This document shows, one piece after another, positions 14,328 through 28,156 of a stretch of DNA of 64,000 nt (position 1 is the stretch's first letter; each line of letters opens with the position of its first letter). A model generated the notes under the pieces. It saw only the letters and a program-made list of their open reading frames with translations. It did no database searches and had not been told where the DNA came from. The stretch lies in NCBI GenBank assembly GCA_964016885.1, contig OZ024740.1, positions 67,332,001-67,396,000 of the forward strand. The letters run 5' to 3'. Source of the DNA: Eledone cirrhosa. Taxonomy: Eukaryota. A program made the translations under genes and the position numbers.

Positions 14328-14594
14328 AATAATAATAATAATAATAATAATGTTTTCTTTATTAACCACAAGGGTTTACATAAAGTAGACATTAAGGACA
14401 GTACAGGACAATACAGGACGGTACAAATGGGCATTTCTGCGTGTAAAAAAAACAGAGGATGTAATAAAAGAAAAAAGAAAAATTCCACAATAGGGGGGAG
14501 ACCCGAGGGACATTTGTGGAGAAAGCCCATTAAAAGGCCACATTTGACCCTGTCCACCAAGGAAAGTGCCCTCTCCCAGTTGTCCACCTTTAAA

Positions 14595-17500
14595 TTACAG
14601 ACACATACTCAGAGTAGGCCCATTCACTCGGGCCATTCTTGCTTCTCTCACCATTCTTTGAACAAAATGCTGGGAAGAGAGCACTTCCCTCTCTACCCTG
14701 ATTTTCCTGTTCAAATGAAATTTGAATAAGTTAATCAGGGCATCACCGAAAAGGTATGTGCTCGTCTTCAGCCCTTTCAAACGTGTCCACCATACTATCT
14801 CTTTCGCCACAGCCACCAGACATATAAAAACTACCTGCCCTTCCCGTCTAAAGGAGGAGGGCGGGGCAATCCTCACGATGGACTCAGCTGATAGCTGGAT
14901 CCGTTCTACACGTGACAGCAGGTGTTCGACATAAACCCACAAGTCAGCAATGCTCGGACACTGGACGAGTGCGTGCAGGACGGTTTCGTCGCCCTGCGCG
15001 CATCTCGGACATGCCCGGCTGACGGCACCTCCATGCCGGTAGAGTTTATCCCGAACTGGCAAAGCTCTTCGGTAGCACTGCCAGGCCAGGGATTTCTGGA
15101 AGTTGGCCATAGGCCCCGGCCCGAAAGTCCTTCCGAAGATATTGGCTAGTTGATTTTCGTCGACGCCTAGAGTTTCTCCAAGTACGTCGTCGCTCTTCCC
15201 TTCCACTAATCCTCTATAGAACGCCAAGGTGGAGTTTCAACCGATCACATTGCCCGATTGGTCGAGGGCTGGGAGCGCCTGAAGACATTCCTGTCTCCAA
15301 GCGCTCCCTCTCGGGAGACGAGCTGGGCCAAGACGTGTCTAGCAAACGGCGACCACACCTGATCACCGTCGGGGAAGATGTGGAGATGTCGTAGCCTGAG
15401 CGCGTGTCTGCGCATCATCAGCCACGGCATGCCCAACCCTCCACGTAGCGTGTGTTGACAGCAGATGGACCGCCTAACCATCGGAGCGCGTCCCTTCCAC
15501 AAAAAGCGAAAGAGCAAACGCTCCACCGCAGTTAGGCGGGGCTTATGACAAGGTATGACGATCAGGCGGTAGTAGACGACGGACGCGATGTACGCGTTAG
15601 CCACCTCCGCTCGACCTTTCAGGGATAGCTTCCTCTCCGCCCATTTCTGGGTGAGAGAAGCCACCCTGCTCGTCACCTCGTCCCAGTTTTTGTCCGTCTG
15701 GAGGTCCACCGAGCCAGACCCCTAGCAATTTAACCGGTCCGTCCGTCCAGCGCCTGACGACGCTGTTGGACGGCATGGACCTGCCTCTCCAGGTGCCGAG
15801 CTGCAGCCCCACTAACTTTTCCTGGTTGATCATTGCTCCTGTCACCGCTTCGTATTCTCTTATTGTAGTGCCGATCGCCTCGATGTGTTTGGCGTTCGAC
15901 ACCACTACGGTGACATCGTCCGCATATGCTGACACGGATCTTCCGCATCCTTTTTCGCGCGGGGCCCCCCTCAACGTCTCCAATGTGTGATGTAATGGCT
16001 CGAGAGTCAATACGCACAAGAGGGACGAGAGGGGACATCCTTGGCGGACCGAGCGCATGATGTTGAACGGTTGCGTATGGTGACAGTTCACTCTCACCAC
16101 AGAGCAGATGTCGCTGTGCATGGCAGCGATCCAGCCTCTAAAGACGGGCTCAAAGCCAGCCACCCTCAGGACTGCCGCTAGGTAACGATGGTCGACCCTA
16201 TCCAAAGTTTCGACTGATCTAAACTGATCAAGGACCCACCCGTGACAGGTTCCCTAGATACCCTCTCTACGATGTATCGCATGAGGTGGAGGTTGTCGTG
16301 GATGGATCTGTCGGGAATGGCGCACGTCTGCGCCTCTCCCACCAGACCACCAACGACAAGCGCCAACCTCTTTGCTAGCACCTTGGCCAAAATCTTGAAA
16401 TCTGTGTTTTAGCAGAGTTATGGGCCTACAATTATCTATATTATCCCCCTTGTTCGGATCCTTTCTCAGCAGCGCCACAGCTCCTCGGCTCACAGAGCTG
16501 GGAATTATCCCGTTCTGTTGCCAGTTGCAGTAGACGTCCGCCAAGAGGCCTCCGAACAATTCTGGCATCTGTACGTAAGGTTCATAGTGCAGACCATAAA
16601 AACCAGGCGATTTACCCCTTGGGCAGCCAGTCATTTCCTCCCGTGCTTCAGCGGCTGTTATCGGCTTTTCGCAACACTCCGACTCAGTGGCCGAGAGACG
16701 CAGCAGTCCGTCGAGGTTAACACTAATGTCCATCCTTCGATCAGGCCCGCCGCTGCCCCCGAAGAGCTGTGGGAAGTGTCGCTGAAAAGCTTCACACATT
16801 TGCCCGGGATCGAGTAGCATGCGCCCGCCGTGGTACACCAAAGACCGGACCGTGGCTTTGTTGCCATGACGCGCCTCCGCAACTCGGGCCCATTGAACCG
16901 CTTTCGTCCCCTCGTGTCTGAGAGCACGCACCCTAGCTTTGATAAAGCAGCCTTCGTCTTTGCATTGATGAATTGGTCAAGGGCCAATTTCGCCGCAAGT
17001 ACGTCGGTCGCGATGTCTTTGCTAAGCGCCTCGTCTAATTTTCTAACTAATTCTCCCTCTGTTCTATTTTTCTCCATTGCTAAAGCCTTACTACACCTAA
17101 TGAAATCTATTCTAATTGCTCCTTTCAGAGCAAACCACCACTTGTTGTTGACGAAGGCCCCCGTCAATGCCCACTTAACTAGTTCGCTAATCCGGTCTAT
17201 GTAGGCCTTGCGCGCTGGTAAGGACGCGTTTAGCTTCCAGTAGCCGGGTCCTCGTCTATGAAGCCTATCTAACTCAAGCACACAGATAACGAATTTCTAG
17301 TCCGTGTAGCTGACTATCTTGAATTGTGGACAGCCTATGCTAGACCTATCTATTTCGCTACAAAATACTCTATCTAGATATGATCTGGATGACCCTATGC
17401 GATTTGTCGAAGTCCACATTGGCACATTCGAGATATCCAATCGGTACCTGTCAGACAGTTCAAAACGTCTGAGCAGGTTGGTGGGGCTTTTGCACCCTCC

Positions 17501-17974
17501 TCCCCTATCCGCTGATCCCACAAAGTCCCAGCGTGCATCTAAGATCCCGTTCCAGTGGAAACATGAAAGAGCGGGACGTTCCAAGAAAGGTCTCCAGCCG
17601 CCGGAAGAAATCAGACCGCCCAGCTGCTTTCGGGGCATAGACAGCCACTAGCCTGAAAGCTTGCCCGGCTCCGCTGGTCACGTCCAGTACCACGAACTTA
17701 CCTTCTGGGTCCAGGAAGATGGCCCGTATGGCGAGATCCAAACCTCTCCGAAAAAGCACAGCAACTCCTCCCCCCGATTCCGGACGGCTGGGAGATGCGT
17801 ACACGTCGTAGCCGCCGAAGATCGGTTCTAAGGCCCGCGCTTCGGAGATTCTGGTCTCGCTGATGGCCACTACATCTATGTTTAGTGACCTGAGGTCGTT
17901 GAGCAGGTGAGCCCTGCTTCCATGACGACCCCCAAGCCACGCGCATTTATGCTGCCTATTCTGAGTGAGGTCAT
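14595..17974 (-). pseudogene. Tx1 ORF2 (APE endonuclease, reverse transcriptase, C-terminal CCHC), frameshifted
   Basis: MTSLRIGSINARGL..AISETR; GPGYWKLN; GKSPG; RPITLL; SVRQGCPLS; SAYADD; LSLKGRAEVAN; CPRC..ETVLHALVQC. Confidence 0.93.
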
Positions 17975-18008
17975 GTTGAAATGGTGTGGAAAAGATGGTT
18001 AAAACAAC

Positions 18009-19877
18009 TTACCTTACTTCTCGTAGAGGAAGGATGGTTTTTCCATCCTTTTCACTGCCTGTGGCCTCCTCCGGAAGGATGTCCTTATAAATCCTCCTGA
18101 AGAGTGTTTGTCGGAATTCTCCGATGTCCTTGGGGAATTTTTATTTTAGTGTCGTATACGTTTTCTGTGTGATGCGAGTGATTTGTATGTGTGGAGGCAG
18201 TGTGAACTTTTGGGTTGTTGTGTAGTCTTTTTCTGTGAAGCTGGTGTTGTGTTGGATGTAGTGTAATAATTGGTTGTGGTTCAAATTTAATGCTGTGTAG
18301 TGTGTATCGTTTTGGTTGTTTTGTTTTGTTTGCGTTTGTTGTGGTTTGTTTCTGTTTCGCTTTTTGGTGACTTTTGTGGTGTAGGTGATGGTGGTGTTGT
18401 GGTTAATGATGGTGATGGTGTTGGTGTTTGTGGTGATGGGGTTGGTGATGCTGGTGTGGATGGTGGCATATCTGTCCTAACTTTTTTGTTTGATAGTTTA
18501 TTTGTTTCCCTCTGTATTTTGTTTTTTTGAGGGGAAGGAAGAGAATTTTTCTAATTGGTTTCTTTTATCTTTTTTCCTGATACCGTTTCCCACTCCTCGT
18601 CTTCACAATCTCTCTCCAGTTGTGATAGGCCGGGGAGTGGAAAATCCTCCACAGGCGTTGGTTTCGGTTGTGGCGTGGTGGATGGTGTAGGTGCTGGTGC
18701 TAGTTCTGGCGCGTCGGGTAGTGGTGGTGTAGGTTTTGCTACTGTTGCTGGGGATGTTGCTGTTACAGTTGCTTCTGTTGTTGCTGCTACAGTTGTTGCT
18801 GCCATCTCTGCTGCTGGTGGTGTTGATGGTTGAGTCACTCGGTGGGTAAGAGAGGTGGCCTCAACCTTTTAGCCTGAGGGCAGAAAGCCCTTAGGTGGGT
18901 TCCTTCACCACAAACGACACACCTAAGCCTTCTGCCCTCAACGATTACGGTGAGGTGGCTGCCGTCAGTGAGGTCTATTACCTCTGGGATCTCCTCAATG
19001 CTTGGTTGCTCCGCTTGGATCAGGAGCTCCATCCCAGATCCGGACCAGTTCTCCTGCTTTTCTTTCGCTATTTCGATTATCTTGGTGTTGGCTTCGATGC
19101 CGGCGAGGACGGCAGCTATTAGCCAGGGAAGTGGGTCACCCTGAACTTTACGAGTCTCTGGCCACAATAGCTTGGGACGAGTGTGAAGTCGTCACTTCTT
19201 AATGGGGCCATGGAGTGTTCTCTAGCCTTCTGTGGTGTTTCAAAGAACACGTCCACGGTTCCATATTTCTGCCCACGTCTGATGTGGGTTTTTTTTTGCC
19301 CACACATGTCCCAAAGTTTTTTGGATTTGGGACTCGGATGCCCGTTCCACTCAGCGCGATGTTATGTTAATTGTTCGATAAGACACGGTGCATAGGCACC
19401 GATGCTCCATTTTATTAGGTGGTGAGCCTGACCCTGTACCCATCTTTCTTTACCATTTTTTTGGCTTCGTCTAATTCCTCCTGAGTTACCTGAAATGCTT
19501 CGCACTGTTTTGCTACTCTGGCAAAACTCAGGGTGGTTTTCTTAATTTCATCGTTATTTTTGTTATTGTTAATTTTAGTTTCAGTTGTGGTGGTGGTGGC
19601 GTCAGTGGTGTTCGGTATGGAAGAGTTCATTTTGGTTGAATTCATTTCGATATCACGAGTTAATTTATTTTTTTCTTTTGTTTCTGTTGTTGCTGTGGTG
19701 GTGGTGGGGTGGCGGCTTTTACACCTGCAGTCATTGGTAATGAATGTCTGCCTGAGACAAATTTTTAATATTGCTAGTGCTTATATTTTTAGTGTTGGCA
19801 AACGTAGTAATATCTACAATGGTGTTGTCGGTGTGAAGTGTTAGTTTGTGAGGAAGGTGTGACTGTGAGTCATCCAT
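18009..19877 (-). pseudogene. Tx1 ORF1 (gag-like, zinc knuckle, Thr/Pro-rich), frameshifted
   Basis: RRLRCVVCGEGTHLRAFCP (CX2CX4HX4C); YGTVDVFFETPQKAREHS; stop TAA at 18009-18011. Confidence 0.8.
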
Positions 19878-20182
19878 GATTTTTTCAAATACATTTTTGT
19901 TTGATAATTATAAAAGTTTAAATTTTGGGCTCAAGGCCCCTATCTTTTTGAGTGTCCTTTTCAGAAAACAATGTATGTGCATTTATATACAGTTAACAAT
20001 AAAAAATTTCCATAAATGGTAATTTTAAACAACTGGAAACAACAAACCTTTGCAGAGCTCACTATGATACGATTTACTACGTAGGTCGCCAATAATAATA
20101 ATAATAATGATTTCATTTATTGGCCACAAGGGCTGACATATAGGGGACAATACAAAAGACTAGGACAGTCGGGTTTTACAGA

Positions 20183-20186
<4 letters not shown>

Positions 20187-20228
<42 letters not shown>

Positions 20229-22140
20229 CCATTTTACGTCCGTTCTTCCACGTTGGTATGGGTTAGACGGGTTGTCCTGTTGTGGGCAGTGTCTGGCCGG
20301 CTGACCATGCCTTGCTCATACAGGAACTGATTTGGCTTGATTTCTACAGCTGGATGCCCTTCCTAACACCAACCTCATTTACAGTGAGTGCTGGGTGACT
20401 TTTCGTGGCGCCTACACGTCCACTTTACAGTGTGGGCTGGGTGCTTTTTTGCCGTAGCACATCCACGACCACTTTGCAGTGGGGGGTGTGGGCGCATATT
20501 GTCTATATGCTTCAGCTTGTACCCATGGGAGGTCGGGTACTCTATATTACTGCGTGACGCCAGAGGTAACGGTCCTGTGTCATTGCCTTTGAGAGGTGTA
20601 ATTGGGTAAGGTCGGCTTTTATCACCTCATCCCAGGTCATCTTGGGTCTCCCCACTCCACGGTTTCCATCGACTTCTAGTGCTCTGCACCTTTTTATGCA
20701 GCTGTCATCCTTCATACGCATCACATGTCCATACCAGCGCAACCGCCTCTCCTGCACACAGCATTTGATTCCTCTTATGCTCAGTCTCTCTCTCAATTCA
20801 TTTATGCTTTGTCGTTCACGTATATTACTGTTACACATCCATCGGAGCATGCAGGCTTCGTTTCTCTCTAATCCATGTAAGTCTTCTACCTTCAGCGCCC
20901 AGGTCTCACTACCATGCAACATTGCTGTTAGGATAGACGCATCATACAGTCTGCCTTTCATTCTGAGGGAGAAGCCTTTTGCAGCTAGCACTGGTAGTAA
21001 ACTTCTTCCATCCCGTTCTTACCCTAGTTATTGTAATTTCTGAACACCCACCTCCGCTGCTAATTCGGTCACCTAGGTAGCAGAAGCTGTCTACTGTTTC
21101 TACAGAGCCCTCCCAGAGATCGGTGGTATTTGTTTCCTGTGGCTGTTTGCTGCTTGCTGTCCCAGCACAACTGCTGCATGTGAAGCCTACATTCTTAATT
21201 AAGCTTCCTGAGATCCCGCTACATCTCTTGTGTACCCATTGTTTGCATTTGGGGCAGAAAATGGAGTTCCTACCTACACCTTTCCTACATACTGATTAAG
21301 GCCATTTCCCTGAGGGGATCTGGGTTCTGTTTTCTCGTCTACTTACAAGGACCTTAGTCTTTGTATGTTGACTTTGAGACCCTTTCTTTCTAGTCCCTGC
21401 TTCCAAGTTTGGAATTTCTTCTCTAGTTCTACCATAGATTCAGCTATAACTGCGAGGTCATCAGCATACAGGAGTTCCCATGGGCATCCGGTCTTAAACT
21501 CCTCCGTTATTGCCTGCAGGACTATGATGAACAGGAGGGGGCTTGGAACAGAGCCCTGGTGTACCCTAACCTGTACGCTAAATTCCTCACTATACTCATT
21601 GCTAATCCTAACTTTGCTGACTGCTCCCCTATACATGGCTTGTACCGCTTTCACAAGCCATTCATCTACTCCTAGTTTTCTAAGAGCCCACCAGATTACT
21701 GCACGTGGAACTCTGTCAAAGGCGTTCTGAAGGTCGACAAATGCCAAGTAGAGTGGCTTACTTTTAGCTAGGTACTTTTCCTGTAACTGCCTCATAAGGA
21801 AGAGGGCATCAGTGATGCCTCTTCCTGGTACAAATCCAAATTGCATCTCGTCTATTTTCACCCGGTCCCTAATCAAATGTGCTATAACTCTTTCTGTTAC
21901 TTTCATGACCTGGTCCATCAACTTAATAGCTCTATATTTTCCTCAATCTAGTGCATCACCTTTACCTTTGTAGCAGTTGACAATGATGCTACTGCACCAA
22001 TCTTTTGGTATGACACCTTCTAGTATTACCTGGTTAACAATACGTCTGGTTATAGTGTGACCTACAGACCCAGATGCCCTCAGCATCTCGGCAGCTATAC
22101 CCGATGGACCGGTTGCCTTCCCCATCTTCATATCTTTCAG
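20187..22140 (-). mobile_element. 5'-truncated RTE/RTE-X-like LINE with a (GAT)n tail, nested in the Tx1-B 3' UTR
   Basis: GKATGPSG..IVNCYKGKGDAL; QFGFVPGRG..AFVDL..AFDRV; VHQGS.SPLLF; LYADD; Cys-rich insert CSVCRKGVGRNSIFCPKCKQWVHKRC; LHGSETW..RRLRWYGHV; (CAT)n on plus strand at 20187-20232. Confidence 0.92.
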
Positions 22141-22321
22141 TAAACAATATGAATAACAATAACAAAGTAACAATAAATTAACAATAAAATTACAAGAAAA
22201 AATTCCCCAATAGGGGGGGATGACCACCTAGGGTTCGCTCAGGTACCCCACCATTCCTCAACGACCCGACGCTTCGAGAGCACCCTGGAAGGGAACCCCT
22301 CTCCTCTTCAAATTTACCTAC

Positions 22322-25300
22322 CTACAGCCGCATGACCAGAGTAGACCCACTCACACGGGCCATTCTCGCCACATTCACCCACCTTTCAGCAAATGTACCC
22401 GGGGGGGGGGGGGGGGGGGGGGGGCAGCACTACTCTCTCCACCCTCACATTCCTTTCCAAGTGAAACTTGAAAAAGTTGATGAGGGATTGGCCGAAGAGA
22501 AAAGTGTCTGTCTTCAGTCCTTTCAACCTCGTCCACCACACAACCTCTTTGGCTACTACACGCGACAACAGTTGTTCAACAGTAATGCACGGACACTGGA
22601 TGTGTGCGTGCAGAACGGTTTTGTCGCCCTGTGAGCATCTTGGGCAGGTCCGTCTGACAGCACTTCCGTGACTGTAGGGTTTATCTCGAACCGGCAGTGT
22701 CCCCCGGTAGCACTGCCAAGCGAGGGATTTTTGGAAATTATCCATCGTCCCCGGCTCGAAGGTCCTCCGGTACAGACTGGTTAGTTCGACTTCGTTGACT
22801 CCCAGAGCCTCTCCGAGTGCGTCGTCGCACTTGCCCACCACTAATCCTCTATAGAACTCGAGAGTGGAAGTTCCACTAACCGCATTGCACGCCGGGTAGA
22901 GGGCAGTGAGTGCCTGGCAACATTCCAGATGCCAATCACCCAGTTTCGGTTTCTTCTTGACCCAGGACTGCAACTCACAAAAAGAAACGAGCTGCGGAAA
23001 GGCCCGTCTGACAAACGGAGACCACACCTGTTCACCGTATGGGCAGAATATCTGGAGATGCCACAGCCACAGCGCGTTCCTGCGCATCATTAGCCACGGC
23101 ATGCCCAGCCCTCCACGTAGAGGGTGCTGGCAGCAGATGGACCGCCTAACCAGCTGAACCTGACCCCTCCACAAGAATTTGAAGAGAAGCCGCTCCAAGA
23201 TGGCAGCCACGAATGGGGGCAAGGGACGACAGTCAGACGGTAGTAGATAATGGACGCGATGTACGCGTTCGCCACCTGCGCCCGACCATTCAGTGATAGC
23301 TTCATCCCAGCCCACGTCTGGGTGAGACTGACTACCCTGCCCGTAACCTCGTCCCAACTCTTATCCACCTGAAGGTCTGGCCCGAACCAAATCCCTAGCA
23401 ACTTTACTGGTCCATCCGTCCAGCGCCTAACGACGCTGTTCGACGGCATGGACTTGCCTCTTCAGGTTCCGAGTTGCAAGCCCACTAACTATTCCAGGTT
23501 AAGTTTTTCTCCCGTCAACCTTTCATATTCCTCCAATAAGTTGCCGACCACCTTGATTTCTGAGTGTCCGACAACATCACGGTGATTTCGTCCGCATAAG
23601 CCGACACAGCCTTTCCCCGTTCCGGTTCGAGCGGGATGCCCTGCAACAGCTCCAGCTTCCGCAGTAAAGGCTCGAGAGTCAATACGTACAGAAGGGAGGA
23701 GAGAGGGCACCCTTGACGGACCGATCGGGAGACTTGAAACGGTTCCGAGAGGTGGCCATTAATTTTGACCATCGAGCAGGTGCCGCTGTGCATTGCAGCG
23801 ATCCAGCTTCTGAAGACGGGGCCGAAGCCAACCGCCTTGAGGAAATCTAGTCGGTACCTGTCAGACAGTTGGAACTGGCTGTTCAGGTTCATGAGGCCTT
23901 TGCACCCCTCGCTCCTATCGGATACTCCCACACAGTCCCAGCGTGCGTCTAAGATGCCGTTCCAGTCCCCCGCTAACAGTAAAGGGCGAGACGTACCCAG
24001 AAAGGCTTCCAGGCGTCTAAAGAAGTCCGGCCATCCTGCCCCAGTAGGAACATAGACGGCCCTCAGTCTAAAGGCACCACCTTCATTATTGTTCACGTCC
24101 ATGACCGCCTACTTCCCGTCCGGGTCCCGGAAGATCGACCTTACCTCGAGATCCAGGCCTTTCGAATGCTTTCGATTGATCTAAATTGATCAGAGCCCCA
24201 CCGAAGCCAGGTTTACACCCTACTCTCTCTATGATGTATCGCATTAGGTGGAGGTTGTCGTGTATGGACCTGGTTGGGATTGCGCAAGTTTGTGCCTCCC
24301 CAACCAAATCCCCGACGACAAGCGCCAACCTCTTCGCTAACACCCTAACCAAAATCTTAAACTCTGTGTTGAGCAGAGTTATGGGCCTGAAATTGTCTAA
24401 TGTGTCCCTCTTATTCTCGTCTTTCCTTATCAGCGTCACTACGCCCCGGCTCACAGAACTGGGAATACTCCCGTGTTGCTGCCAGTTGCAGTGGAGGGCT
24501 TCGAGGTGATTGGAGAACAAGTCTGACATATTTACGTAAAGCTCGTAGGGCAGACCATCCAAACCAGGTGACTTGCGCCTCATGCAGCCGACAAGGGCAT
24601 CCTGAATCTCGGCTGAAGTAATTGGCCTTTCGCAGCACCCAGCGTCAGCCGTCGAGAGTTGTGGCAAGCCATCGAGGTACAGACTGAAGTCCGCCACCAT
24701 CTCTGACCCGTCACTTCCCCGAACAACCGAGCAAAATGTTGGCGAAAGGCCTCACACATCCTCTTGGAATCTCTCAGCTCGTGCCCGTCTCGGTCCGTCA
24801 AAGACCGAATCGCGGTTTTATTTCCACGCTGCGCCTCTGCCACGCTGGCCTATCGAACAGCTTGAGTTCCTTCGTTTCTCATAGCACGCGCCTTAGCTCT
24901 GACAATGCAACCTTCGTGTTTCGCATTGAAAAAATGGTCTAATGCCATTCTCGCCGCTAGCACATCAGTTGCAATGCCACTACCAATAGCCTCGTCTAAC
25001 TTATCTACCAACTCCCCCTCCTTTCTATTTTTCTCTAATGCTACTTTGCTAAAATCTATCGACATTACTCTAATCTCTCTTTTGAGAGCCCCCCCCCCCC
25101 ACCACCACCATCTATTGTTGACGACTCCCCCTGTCAACTTTTTCTTAACTAAATTGTTGACCTGGTCCCTGTAAGCCTTACGTGCCGGAAATGAGATGTT
25201 TAGCTTCCAGTAACCCGATCCTAACCTACGCGTCTTATCTAGGTTGACCATACAGATCACAAACTTGTAATCTGAATGGGCGACCGTTTCAAAACGTGGA

Positions 25301-25961
25301 CAGCTTACACTATTTCTGTCTATTTTCCTAATGAATATCCTGTCTATATACCATCAAGATGACCCTATGCGGTTAGACCTGGTCCACACTGGCGCATTAT
25401 GGAAATCTAGTCGGTGCCTGTCAGACAGTTGAAAATGGCTGATCAGGTTCATGAGGCTTTTGCAGCCCCCCCCCCCCCCCCCCCGCTCCTATCGGTTACG
25501 CCCGCACAGTCCCAGCGTGCCTCTAAGATGCCGTTCCAGTCCCCAGCTAACAGTAAAGGGCGAGACGTACACAGAAAGGCTTCCAGGCGTCTAAAGAAGT
25601 CTGGCCGTCCTGTCCCAGTAGGAGCATAGACGGCCACCAGTCTAAAGGCACCACCGTCATTATTGTTCACGTCCAGGACCACCAACCTCCCGTCCGGGTC
25701 CCGGATGATCGACCTTACCTCGAGATCCAGACCTTTCCTAAACAGCACTGCCACCCCGCCTTCCATTCCCGGCCAGCTAACAGATGCAAAGATCTGATAG
25801 TCGTCGAAAATGGGGGCTAGTGTGCGCGTGTCGGAAATCCTGGTCTCGCTGACTGCAATTACATACATTTCTAGAGACCTGAGGTCGTTGAGCAGGTGAC
25901 CCTGTTTCCAGGACGATCCCAGGGTTCGAACACTTAAACATCCTACTCTTAATACGGCCAT
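22322..25961 (-). pseudogene. Tx1-B ORF2 (APE-RT-zinc finger), frameshifted and internally rearranged
   Basis: MAVLRVGCLSVRTL..AVSETR..VYAP..AGDWN; GSGYWKLN; KSPGLDG; NFRPITLLN; DQSKAF; VRQGCPLS; SAYAD; CPRC..HAHIQC. Confidence 0.92.
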
Positions 25962-25992
25962 GTTGGCAGGTTAAACAGAGAGAGAGGAAGGT

Positions 25993-27910
25993 TTACTTAC
26001 CTAACGGGCTCGTGTGAAGGTCGATTTGTTCGACCTCCATAGCTAGTGCGATTTCTGTTGCGAACCCCTTTAAAAGTCTTGCAGTGGGTTTTACGTTCGG
26101 GGCTCCCACGTCCCGAGGAAAGCTGTCTCGTATTTTTTTGAATAAGTCGAGCGACATTCGCACCAGAACCAAATCTTCCGGCAAGCGAAATGTGCTCGAT
26201 TTAAAAATTTCTCCCTCTTTTTGTATATTTTCACTTCGTGCTACGAGGGCCATCAGCTCGTTGTTGCCCCTCCTGACGAGCACGAAGTTTTGTATGTTTT
26301 GTTGGTGTGATTTTATTTGTTGCGTGGCTTTGGTGGTGATGGCTTTGGTGGTGTTGTTTCGGTTCTATCTGTGTTTGTTGTGACTGCGGTGTCTGTGGTT
26401 TCAGATGTTTGTGTGTATATTTGTTCTTGCGTCTGTTTCGGTTGTTTGCGTTTGTGCGATTCTGGTGATGGCGATGGTGGTGTTGATGTTGGTGTTATTG
26501 GAGTGATGTTTGCGTGGGTGGTGTCTGCGTCTTTTTGGGGGGGTGCTTTTGTGCTTTGTTGAGTTTTTTTTTTTGTTGTGTTTCCTTTTATGTATTTTGG
26601 GGGATTTGGGATTTCCCTCATTTACACTACTGGTAGATGAGGGGTCTGTGTCTGTATGTATGTTTATGGTTTTATTGGTGTGTGTATTTAGGGGGGAGGG
26701 GGAATTTGACAGCTTTCCTCGTTTCTGCGCTGGGTGGTCAATGTTGGTGGTGGTCTTTCTATTGGTGTTGTTGTTGGTGGTTTTGCCGGGGCTGGTGTTG
26801 ATTGTGGTCTTGGCCCCGGCGTCGACCCCTTGCCTCTTTCAGCAGAAGGCTCGCAAATGGGTTTTTTCTCACAAACAAAACACTGCGGCCTTTTGCTTTC
26901 GGTCATAATGTGAATGACCGTCCCATTCTGAAGGTGGATGTGGTCCGGAATTGTCTTCACATTCTCGGGCCTGATCTGGAGAAGGATCTCGAGGTCAACC
27001 CCGGACCAGTCCTCTCTGGCCGTACTGGTCACTTCTATAGGGACTGTATCCGTCCCCTCCACAATCACACATCCCAGAAGCCACCACATGTCAAGTCCTG
27101 GTGGGATTCTTGGAATGCGGAGACGGGACGTTCTTTTTCCCATGTGGGAGGGGAAACATTATGACCTTGCTGGTTTTGCAAGGAGTCATAGCGTGTTTCA
27201 TAGCGAGGGCTTCTGACTTGAACAACACTGAAATGGTGCCGTACTGTCTGCCCCTCTCTATGTACTGGGTGTCTTCTCTGATGCACCTCAGCGCGACTTA
27301 GACATCTTCTTGTGGGATTAAAGCTGCCCTTTTGGTTTGTGCTGAGATGCATCTATAATGCACCGTTTTGCGCTCCACTGCTCAATAGCTTCTACCGGGA
27401 CAGTTAAGTTGGTCCAAGTTTGCTCTTGCTTGATGAGCTTCCATGCCTGGGCCAACTTTTCATCTTTGTTTGAGAGGTCCATGTTGAAGCATGGCCTCTT
27501 TTTTGCTGCTGCCGCAGCGAATGTATTCTTCTTGTTTTGTTGTCGTTGTTCTTGTTGGTGTTGTTGTTAGCACTGTCGCTGTTATCATTGTTGTCTTTGT
27601 TGCCACCGTGGTTCTAGGTGCAGTTGGTATTGTTGCTGTTTGTGTTGTCGCTATTTGTTTTCATGTTAGTGGTGTTGATATTGTTGTTGTATTTGTTATT
27701 TTTTTTTTAATCTGTATTTCGTTGTCGCTTTTAATGTTATTTTTTTTCAAAATTAGAATTCTCATTGGTATCATTGGTGTCTTTGTTTACGTTGTTTGTG
27801 GTGGTGTTTGTGTTATCAATGTGTGTTAATTTCGCAGTAGCGCTGCTCTCAACTTCCACGTCGTTGTCGCGTGACAGCAGACATATCGCTGGAGGGCGTG
27901 TCTCAGCCAT
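25993..27910 (-). pseudogene. Tx1-B ORF1, frameshifted
   Basis: MAETRPP start; KRPQCFVCEK..HLRAFC knuckle; EDWSGVDLEILLQ resembles family-A ENWSGSGMELLIQ. Confidence 0.75.
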
Positions 27911-28116
27911 GTTTTTTTTTTTCTTCGTAAATTTTTCAACATGTAAAAAAAAGTTCAAATATTGGGGCCAAAAGGCACAAATATTATACTTTCCCCTTCA
28001 CGGGGCAAAGTCTAAGGGCTTATATCACTTACACAACAAGAAATATTTAACAACATAATTTTAACAGGCAAATAAAGCGACTTACTGTGAGCGAGCAAAA
28101 TACGTCCGCTTAGACC

Positions 28117-28155
<39 letters not shown>

Positions 28156-28156
<1 letters not shown>

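Larger units (their letters stand above)
14352..20090 (-). mobile_element. Full-length decayed Tx1-clade LINE, family A copy 1, bounded by (ATT)n at both ends
   Basis: 5' UTR, ORF1, APE-RT-zinc-finger ORF2, 3' UTR with AATAAA, then (ATT)n at 14328-14351; (ATT)n also at 20091-20108. Confidence 0.93.
20109..28116 (-). mobile_element. Full-length decayed Tx1-clade LINE, family B, interrupted in its 3' UTR by an RTE insertion (20187-22140)
   Basis: 5' end GGTCTAAGCGG follows (ATT)n 28117-28155; ORF1 and ORF2 present; 3' terminus ttgtggccAATAAAtgaaatc(ATT)n at 20091-20186. Confidence 0.9.
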
